Source: Batkoa obscura
Lineage: Eukaryota
Direction of reading: 5' to 3'
DNA length: 64,000 nt
Assembly (NCBI GenBank): GCA_030770535.1
Contig: JASVEC010000014.1
Location: 744,001-808,000 of the forward strand
This document shows positions 10,573 to 25,300 of the stretch, piece by piece (the stretch's first letter is position 1; each line of letters starts with the position of its first letter). The position numbers and the translations under genes are program-made. Under the pieces are notes generated by a model, which was not told where the DNA came from, did no database searches, and saw only the letters and a list, made by a program, of their open reading frames with translations.

Positions 10573-10670
10573 TGGGGATGTATTCTGTGTTTGAGAATTT
10601 TTCTAATAGTTTTTCCACTCAAATAGCGCTCAAAAGATCGAGAAAGCGATGAAGCCAAAAAAAACCCCGA
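10573..10670 (+). mobile_element. ~100-bp MITE-like repeat, copy 1
   Basis: TGGGGATGTATT...TTCCACTCAAATAGCGCT...AAAACCCCGA flanked by TATA on both sides; ~40 bp after the transposase copy 4 stop. Confidence 0.8.
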
Positions 10671-10852
10671 TATATTACTTTTTATTTTCATTTCAGTAGA
10701 AATGAAATGAATTCAAACGAAGTTCTATTTTATTATGAAATGAATAACTTTTTACTCGAAGTTTGTTTATATTCTATCAAAATTAAGACACCAAATAAAA
10801 TCAATTTAATTTAATTTAATTTATTAAATAATATACAACAAAACTGTTAAGT

Positions 10853-13800
10853 TTATTGAAAATCAATGGACAACAACTTACCATCTGAACAACCCAAAAT
10901 AAACAAATTGAATTTAGGTTCAAACCAAATAGTAGTTGGAACCAAAGGTAAATCTAAAGCTAATACACGTTTTAAACTAAAAATAAATTAAATATAGTTA
11001 GTTATTAATTATTAATTATTTAAAAATTATTAAAGTATCAAAAAAACTATTAAAAATTACCTGAATACATGGAAGATCTCAAACTTCGCTGCTTCATTAA
11101 CTACAAACAAAAACTGATTATCCGGTGCCAATTTAACATCATTGATCTGATTTTCTAGTTCAATTGAACATAATAAACTACCGTTAATTGTATATACATG
11201 AATATAATGTGTATTCTAAATAAAAGTAAAAAATTATTAATATCTATTCATTGATCTTCCAATATATAGAAATAATAATAGGTTTAGCTTAAAAGATACT
11301 TACTTGCACCTCCGAAAACACAATAATTAATGCTTCTGAATTAATTAATACAAATTGAATATTGATATTTCCTGTTAAATTAAAATGAGGTGATAATGAT
11401 CTTAAAAACAAACCAGTTCTTAAAGAATGTATAATACAAGTACCATCCTAATGAACAATATTGTTTTAGACTGCAATAAAATAAAAGTGAAAAACAAACC
11501 TTAGATCCACTAACTAATAAATCATGCTCATAATTAACAGCTAAACAAGTCACCGTATCATTGTGACCATAAAAAGCTAATTGAGGTTTACAGTGACTAT
11601 TCAATAATCCACTACCATTATTATTATTATTATTATTATTAATTTGTTTCGGTCCCAGTTCATTTGAATTACTTCTCATTCTAGTTTGTCTTCTTTTTAA
11701 TATATTTGCACTACCTTTATTTCCTTTACTATTATCTTCTAAACACCACGAGAAGACACTAGAGGCTTTTGAACCTGTTACTAACCATTGATAATTTTCA
11801 CTCATTGCACAACAAGTAATTATATCTTTATGAGCTTCCATAGACGCTACTATTTTTTCACTTGGTATATGAATTAATTTAATACAATTGTCCCAATGAC
11901 CACAAGAAAATAAATATTGCCCATCAGACGATAATAAAAATAATTTACTTGTTAATTTAATATTATGGGCAAATGGAGATGGTATTATAAATCTTCCTTT
12001 CCATGTTTGATTAATTTCTAGTGAAAAGGGCGCAATATCATCTAATATCGTATTATCATTGGGTTCATGAATCAATAATCGATGATAACCTAGAGTACCT
12101 AATTTATCAATAGTAATAATATGGCGTTGATTATTTTTTAAATAGTTAGAAGTCAATGAATTGATATTGTTTCCTTTTTGATTGGATGTAATAGCTAAAT
12201 AAGCAAATGTTTGACAAGGCAATTTAAATAGATAAGTTTTATAACCTTGAAATTTATTATCCCAAATGTTGGGATCTTTATCGTATATTTTATTAGGTAT
12301 ACTTAACCTATTATTTTTAAAATATCGCTGTGGATGTGGTGAATTAAATATTTTCGAAGGTGTTTGACCAAAATAATAAATTTGAGATTCCATACTTTTT
12401 CTTTGATTTAAATCTTTAATAGAATCTAAATCAATAGCTCCTTCATAAGTTAAGTAATAAAAAGTATTATAAGCTTTAATAGCTTCTTCACCAGTTTGTT
12501 TATAGCCAAAAATTAAATCAATCCAATGATGTAAATTTTGACTAACATAATCCGATTCTAACGCTTCACGATGAATTTTTATGAAATGTTCGGGTGAATA
12601 AGCCCATGGGGGTAAACTTACATCATCTACTCGAACACCTGATTGAGTTTGACCTAAATCAAATCGATTTGAATTTTTTAAAAATTCAGGTAAATAAAAA
12701 AACTCTGGTATTAATTCTTTAACATCTCCTTGTCCTTTTAAACAAGAATTCCAACATGAATTCAAAGATAGAAATTGTCGATCTGGATGATCGAATTTAC
12801 CTGATTGTAAAGCAATATGAATTGAAGTAAACGGCTCTAACCTTAATAAATAAAAAGCTACTCCACCTGCACTTGAATAATGTGTTCCATAATGAAATTT
12901 TTTAATTATATTATTAGGATCTTCAAATTCATTATACATTTGTATACTTTGTTTTAATTTCATATCATCTAATGCACCAATAGGTTTACTTAAATCTCGA
13001 TAATTTTTACTATCTTTTAAATCAATTGTATCTGTTGTATAATTAGTCAAAATCCAAGGAAACACAAAATATTGGGTCAAATCATTATAGGATCTTCCAG
13101 ATATTGAATTTAATTGCATTAAATATTCAAAATTACTAATTTCATGTTTTTGCCATTTTTCTGTAACTTTTAATTTTTTAATAGTTTCACTTGGGGTAGT
13201 AACGTAAGATCTTATTAAATTAGGTAACGGCAATTGTTTTAAATGATGATAAAATAGATTTCTATTTTCAATATTAATAAAATTAAAAAAATAACTAGTT
13301 TGATCCATAAAAAAGAATTCTAATGCTGATTGTTGTAATAAATGTTTTCGATAATGAATTTCTCGAAGTTCTAATAAATGCCATTTACGATCTCTAATAA
13401 TATCCCAATCAATTGTTGCTGTTGTATGTGGATTGTTCAATTCTTCAATTATCCAATTACGATCAATTAAAAAATACAAGTGACTAGTCGTTAATTTTAA
13501 TTTACCTTGAATTGAAGCTAATAAGAATATTAAACTACAATCAAATTCAATAATTATTTTTTCTTTAACATTATTATTATTATTATTATTATTGTCGAAA
13601 TTCATTGATTTTTTATAGTCTTTTTCATAAATTATATTCCAATCCGAATCTTCTGAAACGTCTTCTGTTAATAATACAAATTCATTCATATCCATTTGTT
13701 TATCTATTGAATTTTCTATCGAATTAATATGTTCTTTTATACGTTCTGCTCTCGAAGTAGCTTTCTTTAAATAATTAGCAATACTTGACCTTTTCCATTG

Positions 13801-16800
13801 TGGAAATGATTTTATTTCTTTCATTGGTGTTTTATCTCTTTTTGCACTTGCATCTTGATGATTATTAAATTCATGATTAAATATTAATCTTCTTCTCATT
13901 CGTTGATAATTTTCAGTAAAATCTAATTTCCAATATGTTTGAAATTCATTACAAGTTAAATTATTATTATTATTATTTAATTGATTATTATATTGATTTA
14001 AAAACATACCATGTTCTCTTGTCATTTCTTGTAATTTAATTAACCATAATTTAGTAATTCTATGATCAATTGCTTTTTTTTCAATTTCCATACCGGCAAT
14101 TCGTTGTTTTTCAAAATTAGATTGATAATTGATAGCATTAAAAATAAACTCATTTAATCTTTTACATTCCACTTCTTCTTCATTTACTTGTTTACGTAAC
14201 TTTTTAATAATTAAATTGATGTTTTGAGATACCTTTTTGGCTTTAAAGCTTAATATCTTAAAATTCTCTTCTTCAAAATTTTTAGTCGTTGGAAAAAAAT
14301 ATTCATCATATACTTCAATCCATACTTTAGATGTACAAAATTGGGAGAATAATAAATAATTATTTTCCCATAATTCAAATTCCATTTTAATTCCTTTTTC
14401 ACTTATTTCATACCCTTTAATAATATCCCAACTAATTTTTAATAAGGTTAAATATAATGGTGTTATATTATGTTGCGCAATACCATCTGGATTATCTGAG
14501 TAGTTTTCTTCTTTTATTTTACTATAAAATGATGTTATAAAGTTAGTTAATTAATTAACTATAAATAATAACTTACATAAAAGCTTCATGTAAATAACCA
14601 AACATAGGGAAAATCAAATCATAGCTAATAAAAGCATAAGGACAAGTGAAAGTATCTAATTTGTCTTTAGATAATGAAGAAGGATGATGATTTTCAAAAA
14701 ATAATAAAAAATGAGATTTGATTATACCAATAATTTTAGTATTTGCCATTGAAAATCCAGAAATTAATATTTTTAACATTAATTTACATGGATTTTTATT
14801 AGATGTATATATTTTGTCATAAAAACTATGACGTTCCTTTTTATATTGATTATTAAATTGACTTAAAAATTGATCCATTTGATCTAAAAAATTTAAAAAT
14901 GATATTGTTAATTCTAAACTCTCTTCCCATGGGTTATTAGGTAATTGATATATTAAATCATCCGCTTCTATCGAATCTAATAAAGATAAATTGGGATCTA
15001 GATTATTATTATTATTTTATTATTGCTATTCGTTATTCTTATTATTGAAATTTTACCTGTTAATCTTTTTAAAGCTTCAATATTATTTTTTTCATCGGAT
15101 ATTCTAGAAGAAGCTGAATCACTAGCTCCAGATTCTCTTTTTAAATTTTGCCATAATCGACTTAATATAGTATCTTCTAATTCTCTATGATGAAACATAA
15201 TAGTATCGATTACAGATATTATATTTAATATATTTTCCTGAATAAATAATAAAATTATTTTGATTATTAATTATAATTATTAACTAGTGAAATAACTTAC
15301 AATCCATAATTCGGTAACTTTAAATTCGTTTGAATAATCAGATACTAAAAATCGAGTCAATTTTAAACAAAGTTCAGTTAAAAAATATTGAACAATAAAT
15401 AACATTGGTGGATTTCGATAATTATATTCATTAAATTTATATGAAAAATAATCATCTACCTTATAATTCATTAAATAACTTAAATTAGTACTTGATATAG
15501 CTGGCGAACTCCATAATAAATAAATTATATCTCTAAATGTAGAATAACCCAGTGTATAATTATTATTACTTCCTAATGTATTTTCTATTATTACGCATAA
15601 AAAATTAACAGCTACTTCTACTGACTTAGTTACTTTAGGATAATAAGATACATTTGATTCAGTTGTATAAGATTGATCTAAATTACTATTATTATTAATT
15701 GATATTGGCGTCTCTAATTGAACATCATTTAATGAACAAGTAATAATATGAAACATGGATAACAAAAAACCTTCGGAGGATTGAAATTGATGACATAATT
15801 CTATTGAAGATTTACAAAGAGTAATAAAATCATTAAATATAATTTCAATTAATTTTTCATTTGTATTAGGAATACTCAATAATTTAATAAAAGAAATTAA
15901 TACTTTATAATTAATTACTTTTAAATGAATATGTTTTGTTTCTTGTTGTCGTTGTTGTTTTTTTTCTTTATTATTATTATTATCATTATTATTATTATCA
16001 TTATTATTATTGATATTTAATAACTCTAAATTATCATGAGATTCAATTGAAAACTTTAACAGCGATTGATAAAACATTAAATCTACTGTTGTTTTTTGAT
16101 CAAATGAAAATAATAATGAAATTAAATCACCAAATTGAATTTTATTTTTCCATTTTTCGGGTATAACTGGGTGACAACAAAAATAAGTTAATATATCATA
16201 AACTAAAGATCTTATTTTATTATCTTTTTTCATTAATAATTTACATAGTGTTTCATATCCTTTACTTAATAAAAATTGCTTTAAAAAAGATAACCCAAAT
16301 TCACTTTGAATTAAATCAAATATTGCATTTAAAAATTCAGAACAATGATGTAAATCGTTAGTATCAATTAAATGACGTGATATAATGAATATATCTTCAT
16401 TAGTACATTTTCTTTTTAGAAATGACATAATAATATCAATTAATATTGATCTTAATTGATATAATTGAGTTGTCTTTTGTGGTCGATTAATTTTGGAGTT
16501 CAAATGTTGTTCTGGCATTGAAAAAGAATTAGGTAAATAATAATAACATTTTTGTAATAAGTCTAAAAAAAATTGAATGCCAAATTTTTCACTAAAATAT
16601 TGTTTTCGACTTTCCGTTAAATTTTTAATTAATTCTAATATATATCCTTGACATTCGAAACTAGCATACATCCAAATCCTTAAATTAAATAATATACTTG
16701 AAAATATTAAACTTTCTAATTGTAAATTAATTTGTATAATAGATACTAATGATACTAATGATTGGTATAAAGATACGTTTAAGTGTTTAGGGTGAATTTG

Positions 16801-18672
16801 TTGTAATAAAATTGATATAATTAAAGCACTGTTATTATCTAACATAAATTGTTGGTTTTCTAAATGATTATTTAATATTGCCCCAAGTAAAGTAAAAAAT
16901 GAATTTCCTGCTCCTTTTTTACTAAAATAATTATTTTGAGAATCTAATGGGCCATAACTATTCGATTGCTCTTCTAAAGCATCTAATTTTAATAGCATTG
17001 GAAATAAAATTTCGACACCACCTAAAGCATAAATGGCATTTTGTAAGCTTAATGTGTTACATTTTTCTACTCTTTTAATTATTGCATTTAATTCACTACT
17101 TTCTATTGTTGGTGGTAAATTCGGATTATTATAAGTTACTATATTAAAACATAAATTACTTCGAGAGGCTTTGGGATTAAATACAAATATTAATTGATTA
17201 AATAAATTTAAATCAATATATAATGGTAATTGAGAATTAGAAGCTGTTAATATACCTTTGGTTTCTATACTCATAAAAATCGATGAGTTTTGTTTACCTA
17301 ATTTGTAAATAGCATCTAACTGATTTTGTTTTATTTTTCCATTAGCAAAATAGATTGTTGCTATTTGTCCTTGAAATGAATTAATTAAATGATTTTCTGT
17401 TATATCTTCTGTTGTATTATTTGTAAAATAACTTGAATCTAGTGTTGCTCCTATAATACATTTCATTGTTGAATGATCCAACATGTGATATTTTAATTGA
17501 GTTTGATAATAACATTGATCGTTTATATAAAAATTAATTTCAGGTTGTCCAAAACCCCAAGTAAACTCTGGATAAGTATGACTAATCGAAATAAAATACC
17601 ATCTTTTATAAGCAAATTTAAAGTCTAGTTGAATCTCTTGAATTGTTTCAAAATTACTTATCAATTGGAATATTAAATTTTCTTTTTGAAAAAAAGTAAT
17701 AATCCCTGAACCTTTTTTATCTAAAAAACAAAATAAAGTTTGCTTATTGTTACCATCGTTTAAGTTGGATTCATCTTTAATAACAATACTATTCGATTCT
17801 AGTCTAATCCAAGTAAAAAAAGAATAACCTGATTTTGGAAAAGTATGGAAACCGTTGATAATAATACCAGAACCTAACCCTTTAAATTGAAAAAAAGCTA
17901 AATCTTCTCTTTTTTGGGCAATTTTAAATAGCATTTCTAATAAATCGACTTGATGAGATGCCAAATATTCGCTTGATACTTCACTTAATTTTTTTTCATT
18001 GATTTCTTCATTTGAGGTAATTGAATTTGCCAAATCTTCACTCAAAACATCAAAACATAGTGATTTTAAAAGTATCCGGACATCCGAAATAGTGACTGAA
18101 TAAGAACCTAATATTTCCAACAAATTCATTGTTTTCTTGACATATTCTGTAGAAACTTGAGTTGGTATTGGTGACTTTAATAATTTTGAAGTAATGGAAG
18201 AATTACATAATACCCATTTATTAAAATCACTGTAAATAGCAAAATTAATCATCCTTTCAATTAAAACTAATTGTAATTGATAATCCATGATAGAAAACAG
18301 ATCCATTAACACAGCGATAACATATTTATTAGTAATTACTTTATGTTCTTGGTCATAACTTAAACAATCTGTTAACATACCAAATAAACTTTCAAATATA
18401 TCTTCAGATAGCGTACCTTCAATATCTAAAATGGCTACACATAATCTTGCATACCCATCTGTTTTCGCCAACTCTTGTTTATAACTATCATTTTGTATTA
18501 ATAATGCGGTAAACTCTTTAATGATATCTTGACATAAAAAGGATTTGGATTTCTTATCTAATTCCATATCATAACATGTGGATTCTAATAAATTAAATAA
18601 ATCTTCAAAGCCTTGAATTGTGGTTGGTATACTCCCATTTTTTCGCGTTATTGTGGTGAACGATAAATTCAT
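10853..18672 (-). CDS. Large multi-exon BEACH-domain protein (neurobeachin/LRBA/Bph1-like: ConA-like, DUF4704-like, PH, BEACH, WD40)
   Basis: ORFs 15280-18672, 14998-15198, 14573-14878, 11380-14385; BEACH motifs ISNFEYLMQLN, GRSYNDLTQYFVFPW, HYGTHYS, DVKELIPEFF, WIDLIFGYKQ; WD40 repeats; last exon reads LFILGCSDGKLLSIDFQ* with stop at 10853-10855; start codon uncertain. Confidence 0.9.
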
Positions 18673-19007
18673 TAAAAAATAAAGTTGTTAAATTGTACTC
18701 TGATTTTGAAAGCCATTTGATTTTTTTGAAAATTTTAAGTGGCTACTTTTAGTCATTTTTAATAGCTGCGTTGACTCATTGATGTATAAAAAATAAAATG
18801 GGTTATATAGTTGATTTTTAAATGGTAATTAAGAATACTGTTGTGATGGTTATTATTGTGTTATTATTGAATTAGCTCTTACTATAGGGTTGATATTTTA
18901 TAATATTATAAGTAATAATTGATGAATACAGTAATCGTAGAATATCAATTACATGCTTAATCAAATTTTTATGAAAATAAATTTTCTTAACAAAACGTAA
19001 TAATATA

Positions 19008-19108
19008 TGAGGATGTATTTTTATGTTTAAGAATTTTACTAATAAAATTTCCGCTCAAATAGTGCTTAAAGGATGGAAAAAAGTAATGAACCCAAAAAAA
19101 CATCCTCA
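19008..19108 (+). mobile_element. MITE-like repeat, copy 2
   Basis: TATA-TGAGGATGT...ACATCCTCA-TATA with matching inverted ends. Confidence 0.85.
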
Positions 19109-19656
19109 TATATAATTAGAATAAATATATACAAATATTTGAACTTCATTTTTTAAATATCAACTAATTAAAACTCTAGTTTATTAAGCTTTTAAGTAAC
19201 AGTAAACTAAAATCTTAATCACCTTAAATTAATATCAAATTAAAAAAATTAACCCTTGTTTCTAAAAGTTCAATGGGGATTAGGAAGCAATTCACCCATA
19301 TAGAGCTCCCTTTATATATTACTTTACATTTTTAAATAAAACAAACTAAAAATGGTCTATAAAACTATATATTTTATTTTTCTATTTTTGACTATTTAAC
19401 AAAGCTAAAATACTTATTCATCTTATGTAAGTTATTAGCTTCATTAATGAATTGTCATATCACTTAAAAAATACCGATCGATCTAACTAGTATCAAATAT
19501 AACCTGGTACCATATAATACTACATAATATTTGTATTCAATTATAGATAAATACAAATTAAAAAGAACTTAAGATTAAATTAATCATGCAAATTAAATAT
19601 ACATACCTAAAATGACTAAATGTACGGAAAAAAACAAAAAAAATTCATTACAAATA

Positions 19657-19728
19657 CTTCCTCACGGGGAATCGAACCCCGGCCGTTCCGGTGAAAGCGG
19701 AAAATCCTAACCACTGGACCATGAAGAA
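19657..19728 (-). tRNA. tRNA-Glu (anticodon TTC)
   Basis: Reverse complement TTCTTCATGGTCCAGTGGTTAGGATTTTCCGCTTTCACCGGAACGGCCGGGGTTCGATTCCCCGTGAGGAAG: acceptor TTCTTCA/TGAGGAA, anticodon arm TTCCG-CTTTCAC-CGGAA, T loop GTTCGATTC; downstream T runs (19628-19643 on minus strand) fit a Pol III terminator. Confidence 0.95.
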
Positions 19729-19813
19729 CATTTAGTCACTTATTATCAATGTCAACAAAGAAAATTTAAATTTGATTTTGCATCAATGCTATTTTTTTAA
19801 TTAGCTAAATATA

Positions 19814-19912
19814 TGGGGATGTATTTTGTGTTTAAGAATTTTGCTAATAGTTTTCCCACTCAAATAGCACTTGAAAGATGAAAAAGTAACAAAGTTAAAA
19901 AAAATACCCCCA
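19814..19912 (+). mobile_element. MITE-like repeat, copy 3
   Basis: TATA-TGGGGATGT...ATACCCCCA-TATA. Confidence 0.85.
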
Positions 19913-20120
19913 TATAGTCTACAGATTAAGTAAAACATTTACTTTTATGGATTAGTTAAAATAAAGCATTGTATACCATTTTTAACTAAAATGTATATAT
20001 TTGAAAATTGACTTAGCAATGTTTTAAATGTAAAGCTTTAGTATATAAAATTTATTGATTATATTATTTACTATACATGATTTAAATATTTGTTTCATCA
20101 ATTTAGCTTATTTATTAATA

Positions 20121-20222
20121 TAAAGATGTGTATTTTTTGGACCTTATACTTTTTCCATCTTTTAAATGCTATTTAAATAGAAAGATTGTTAGTAAAATTT
20201 TCAAATAAAAAATAGATCTCCA
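20121..20222 (-). mobile_element. MITE-like repeat, copy 4 (decayed, inverted)
   Basis: Reverse-orientation core TTTAAATGCTATTTAAATAGAAAGATTGTTAGTAAAATT ending CTCCA-TATA. Confidence 0.7.
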
Positions 20223-20966
20223 TATAATTTTTAAAAAATAAAAATATTAAAAAGCGTTTATGTGATAATAAATCACATTGTGTAAAATATCGCTTTGTCA
20301 GCTTTATGATTGATTATAATATAACAATCCCTTAAGTCATCATGTTTTCGAATTCAGGCATAATCAATCTCGAGCCTTCTATTTTGATCTGCTATGAGAA
20401 TTTGTGTCATGTGATTCCGAAGGGCACTATCTTGTCATATTAATATCCATACTTGTTAGAGTATAAAAGAGATTTCAAAATATAGTAACTCGAGGATTTT
20501 TAACTGAATTATTCCCCTGATATCTCATATCTCATACACTTAATAAAGTCATTAAATTTTCTTAATAGCGTTTTACGTAGATTTTACATTAGCATTGTCT
20601 ATTATATTTGTCTTACATAATTTGTATCCTATTATGTGCTATTCTTCATAACTCAAGTTTATCTTAGTTACATAAATCAAGACCTTTCGACTTACAGCTC
20701 GTCGATCAAGCAGGAACTGCTTTTGACTCCAACTACTGAGTACCAGGTTTCCCAAGTATTATCTAGTATCTGATAGATAAAAAAACCTAATATATAATTT
20801 TAATTAAAGTTATAAAGTTTGCAAAAATTAAAAATTAACCCTAGCTTATTTCACGAAAATAACTGAAAATTTAAAAGCCTTAATATTTATTAGATAGTTA
20901 TTAAATAATAAAAATCAATTATTGAATATTATTATTGCTTAGGTTACTAATAACTAAATTAATAAA

Positions 20967-21067
20967 TGAGAATGTATTTTTGTGTTTGAGAATTTCACTA
21001 GCAATTTTTCCACTCAAATGATGCTTAAAAGATGGAAAAAACAATGAAGCCAAAAAAAACACCCCCA
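20967..21067 (+). mobile_element. MITE-like repeat, copy 5
   Basis: TGAGAATGTATT...CCACTCAAATG...AACACCCCCA. Confidence 0.8.
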
Positions 21068-21339
21068 TATTAATAATACAATTATAATATTAAAACAATT
21101 CATTTAACAGTAAATCTGCAATATTAGTTACAAAATAGTCAGTAATAAATATTTTCTAATAAAGCTTTACAGGAGTATGTATTCATCTATATACTACAGT
21201 TTTGATTAATACTGATATGTAGATTATATTAGTAAAAGCCTTGCTAATCCGACAATTTTATTAAATTTAATAGAAATTCTGTTAACATATTTACTGCAAC
21301 AAAATAATTTAAAACTGTGGAAATTTGCTTTTTAAGATT

Positions 21340-21440
21340 TAGGGGTGTTTTTTTTGATTTCATTGTTTTTTCTATCTTTTAAGCGCTATTTTAATAGAAA
21401 AATTGTTAGTAAAATTCTTAAATACAAAAGTACATTCTCA
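21340..21440 (-). mobile_element. MITE-like repeat, copy 6 (inverted)
   Basis: TAGGGGTGTT...AAGCGCTATT...TACATTCTCA. Confidence 0.8.
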
Positions 21441-21559
21441 TTTGTTATTGTAAAATCTTAAGCAAAGTTTTAAAATCTTTAAAGTTAGATAAAAAAATGA
21501 AATCAGTTTGGGATACCTCGATATTACATATTACAAAAGATACAAATCTACTTGTTAAA

Positions 21560-21658
21560 TGGAGATGTACTTTTTTATTTAAGAATTTCACTACAATCTT
21601 TCTACTCAAATAGCGGTGAAAAAATGGAAAAATAATGAAATCAAAAAAAACATCCCCA
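21560..21658 (+). mobile_element. MITE-like repeat, copy 7
   Basis: TGGAGATGT...CTCAAATAGCG...ACATCCCCA. Confidence 0.8.
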
Positions 21659-22316
21659 AATATTAAATATAGTTATTGTAGGTCTTTTACAAAATCCTTA
21701 ATAGCTGATATTGAAATAAAAATTTTGCTATAATTTAGATGAAATACAAGGATCAAATTTTAAAAAATCAACCAGATAAATAATTAAACTGTAAAAATTA
21801 TCACTAACATTTCACAAAAGAGCTATAATAATTATATCGCGGCTTTCTGCTTTTAAGCAGAGACAGCTGTACCATCAGATTTTTCATATTGCAAAATTAT
21901 TGTCAAAAAGTAAACTAACTTTAAAAAACTATTAGTATTTAATTAGAGGTGTTAATAAGAAACAAAATTGTTTACTGCAATACAAAAGAATAAAACACCC
22001 GTTCTTTTATATGTTTTCTTTAATATGTACATTTCCAATCTACTGACTTTAATCAAACCAGATTATATATTTACTAATAAAAACCCTGTTATCTCTATCA
22101 ATACCAGTCATACCAAATCGACTTAAAAGTCATTTTATAACAATATTCTATTATCAATAAATGCTCCTCCCAATTACATTTGCATCATTTTATAGCTTAT
22201 ACTTCATTTATAAAAAATAATAATTTAATGTATGATTAAAAGATACTGCGCAAAAACAACTAACTCACGCTATAAATAGCATTGTAAAGTAACTTTATCC
22301 GCCCTCGTTTATAAAA

Positions 22317-25300
22317 ATGACTTTCGATTCCAAAGGTTTAATTTCTGCTTTGGAGATATGGGTAAGTTTCTTTATTTTAAAAGTTATCAAGGTCTAATTT
22401 TATATCAGCCATTAAGCGAATACAGTTCATTTATTGATCGTATTTTTTTTATGTAAGTTATATTCTTTCCTATTTTATTCATTTTATTTTCAAGTGTTTT
22501 TAACTTAGGTCTGGTCCCAATTTATGTTTTAGGATCTTTGCTAGTGATCCTATTTAAAAAAATATATCGCAGAATTAATAGAGAGCATTTACATACATCT
22601 CTCAATTCAAATGAAACCCAACCTTTAAACGATACCAATTTAAACTATGGAACTTTAGATATTGATAGTCGTCCAGTCGAGACCAGTAATATTATAAAAC
22701 CAGAGTATCCAAGTGTCTATATCACTACCCCAAAAGAGCATAATCAAAAACTAATATGGATTTCTCTATTACATGTTATTATATTATCATCAAATACTTT
22801 ATTCATGTTTTTTAAGGATAATCCGCAACGCTCACCAATATTTTACGAAAGCATATCATCAGTTTTCTTTTGGTGCTATGCTGTTCTGTTAGCATACTTA
22901 AATCAAAGCTTTGTTTATTTAAATTATTTAAGAGGGTTTTACTTACTATCATTTATAGTTGATTGCTTTAAACTAAGAAAAATACTTTATTCAACCAATC
23001 TTCCAATTCCATTAAGTGTAGCTCTCACTTTACAATCGATATATTGTTTTATTGAACTCATTTTGAGTTTATATTCATTTCTGATGAACATTAATCTAGC
23101 TGAGTTTAATAAAGTAGCAATAAAGAGCAGGAGCTATCCATCGCCTGAACCTTATGAATCTTTACTCTCAATAGCTACTTTTTCGTGGATGAATCCACTT
23201 ATGAAATATGGCTATAACAACTTAATTGAACCAAATGGCATTTGGTCTCTTAGAGAGAACGAAAAGGCCTCTAGTTTATTGCAGAACTTTTTAAAGATCA
23301 CTGATAAATGGTCCTTTGCCTACAGAATCTTTTATAACTTTAAAAAAGAATTGTTTTTGCAAATGATATTTACCATATTGACTATTGGGTTGAATTTCTT
23401 AAGTCCACTGCTTCTACACGAATTTCTGAGACTGATGGAAAATTCGAGTAAAAAAGTCCCATTCGATTTAGGTTACAAAGAATATGGATTTTATATCGTC
23501 GCTTGTTTATTCTTTGTAGCTACTTTTAAAACTATTATGGATTCCCAATCACTATTTTATGGTCGTAGGATAGGGATCCGAGTGAAGTCCATAATTATTG
23601 GTAAAGTGTATTCAAAAACTTTAAAAAGAAAAGATGTTTCAAGCCAGAGAGACGATCCCGACTTTTCGAACTCTGGCAAAGTTATTAATCTTATGTCTGT
23701 CGATGCCAAGGAAGCTTCTGAGACATGTAGTTTTTTGCATTTTTTGTACTCGATTCCTATTCAAATCTTACTTTCCTCTTGGTATCTTTATCAAATTCTA
23801 GGATGGCCTGCAATGATTGGACTGTCCCTTACTTTCATAGCAATACCAATCAACTATGTACTGGGACTAAGATGGGAAGAGATGCAATCTCAGCTAATGA
23901 CATGTAGTGACAAAAGGATGGATATAGTTAATGAGTTGCTTCAAGGGATCCGAATAATAAAGTTTTTTGCTTGGGAAGCACAATTTCAAAGTCGTATAAA
24001 CTCTGCAAGAACAGCTGAGTTAAATGCCCTTATTGGAAGAATGAAACTTATAGCGTTAATCCATACTCTATGGCTTTTTTGTCCCACATTGATCACCATT
24101 GGTACTTTTTATGCCTATACAAAATTGGCTGGAAATACATTAACGCCCACAATTGCTTTTACGTCAATTTTAATCTTTAAGTCCTTAAGAGATCCTATCG
24201 ATCAACTTCCACAAGTGATCAGTATGATTTTACAGGCAAAAATATCTTTTGAAAGGATTGATCAGTTTCTAAAGGAGCCTGAAACTGAAAAAGATCAACT
24301 ATTAAAAAGCTCAGAAAGTCCATATGACCCGGTAATTGGGTTTAAAGATGCTACCATCCAATGGGGCTCAGATGAGGCAGGAAGTCAATTTAAACTTTCG
24401 AACTTAAACTTATCATTTCCACTAAATAAATTAAGCATAATTGTTGGACCTACGGGTTGTGGTAAAACTTCTTTACTTTTAGGTTTACTTGGTGAAATGA
24501 CACTCACCGAAGGCTCTATTTATCTGCCAAAAAAATCGGTTATAAAACCAACAAGTTGTAACAAAGACTTCGATTCAAATGGAGGCATTGCTTATGTAAT
24601 ACAATCCGCTTGGATACAGCAAGATACTATCAGAAATAACATTCTATTTGGAGAGCCATATAATGAAGCTCGTTATCAAGAAGTTGTCAAAGTATGTGCA
24701 CTTTTATCAGATTTTAATTCATTTAAATATAGTGATCTCACTGAAGTTGGAGAAAAAGGGATCACTTTATCAGGTGGTCAAAAGCAGCGAATTTCATTAG
24801 CACGAGCAGTATACAGTAAAGCTGCTCATATAATTATGGATGATTGTTTATCAGCTCTAGATTCCCATACAGCTAAATTCGTTTTTCACAACTGTCTAAT
24901 GGGGAAGATAATGAAGGGTAGAACTAGGATCCTCGTAACTCATAACGTTGGGCTGACTTTTTATCATGCAGATTATGTAGTAGTTTTAAACGGTCAAGGC
25001 AAGTTAGTAGCTGATGGATCCTGCAAAGAGGTGGAAAAAACTCAAGCTATCAAAGAGCAGTTAAATATGATTAAAAGCCCATATACTGAGGAAAGTGGCG
25101 TAGCTAAATCCTATCAAGCTACCCCACATTCCAATAGTAATACTTATTTACCTCCAGATCCAGAAGTTACAAGTAATAACAAATTAGTATTAGAAGAAAA
25201 GAGAGAAAAAGGTGCAGTGAAAAGCTCAATTTATTATTCATATTTTAAAGCCTCTGGTGGATACAGTTATTGGTTAGGTCTCCTTTTATTTTACGTTAGT

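Noticed and set aside
11618..16010. (ATT)n tracts in the BEACH gene
   Set aside because: Ordinary poly-Asn coding microsatellites common in AT-rich genomes.
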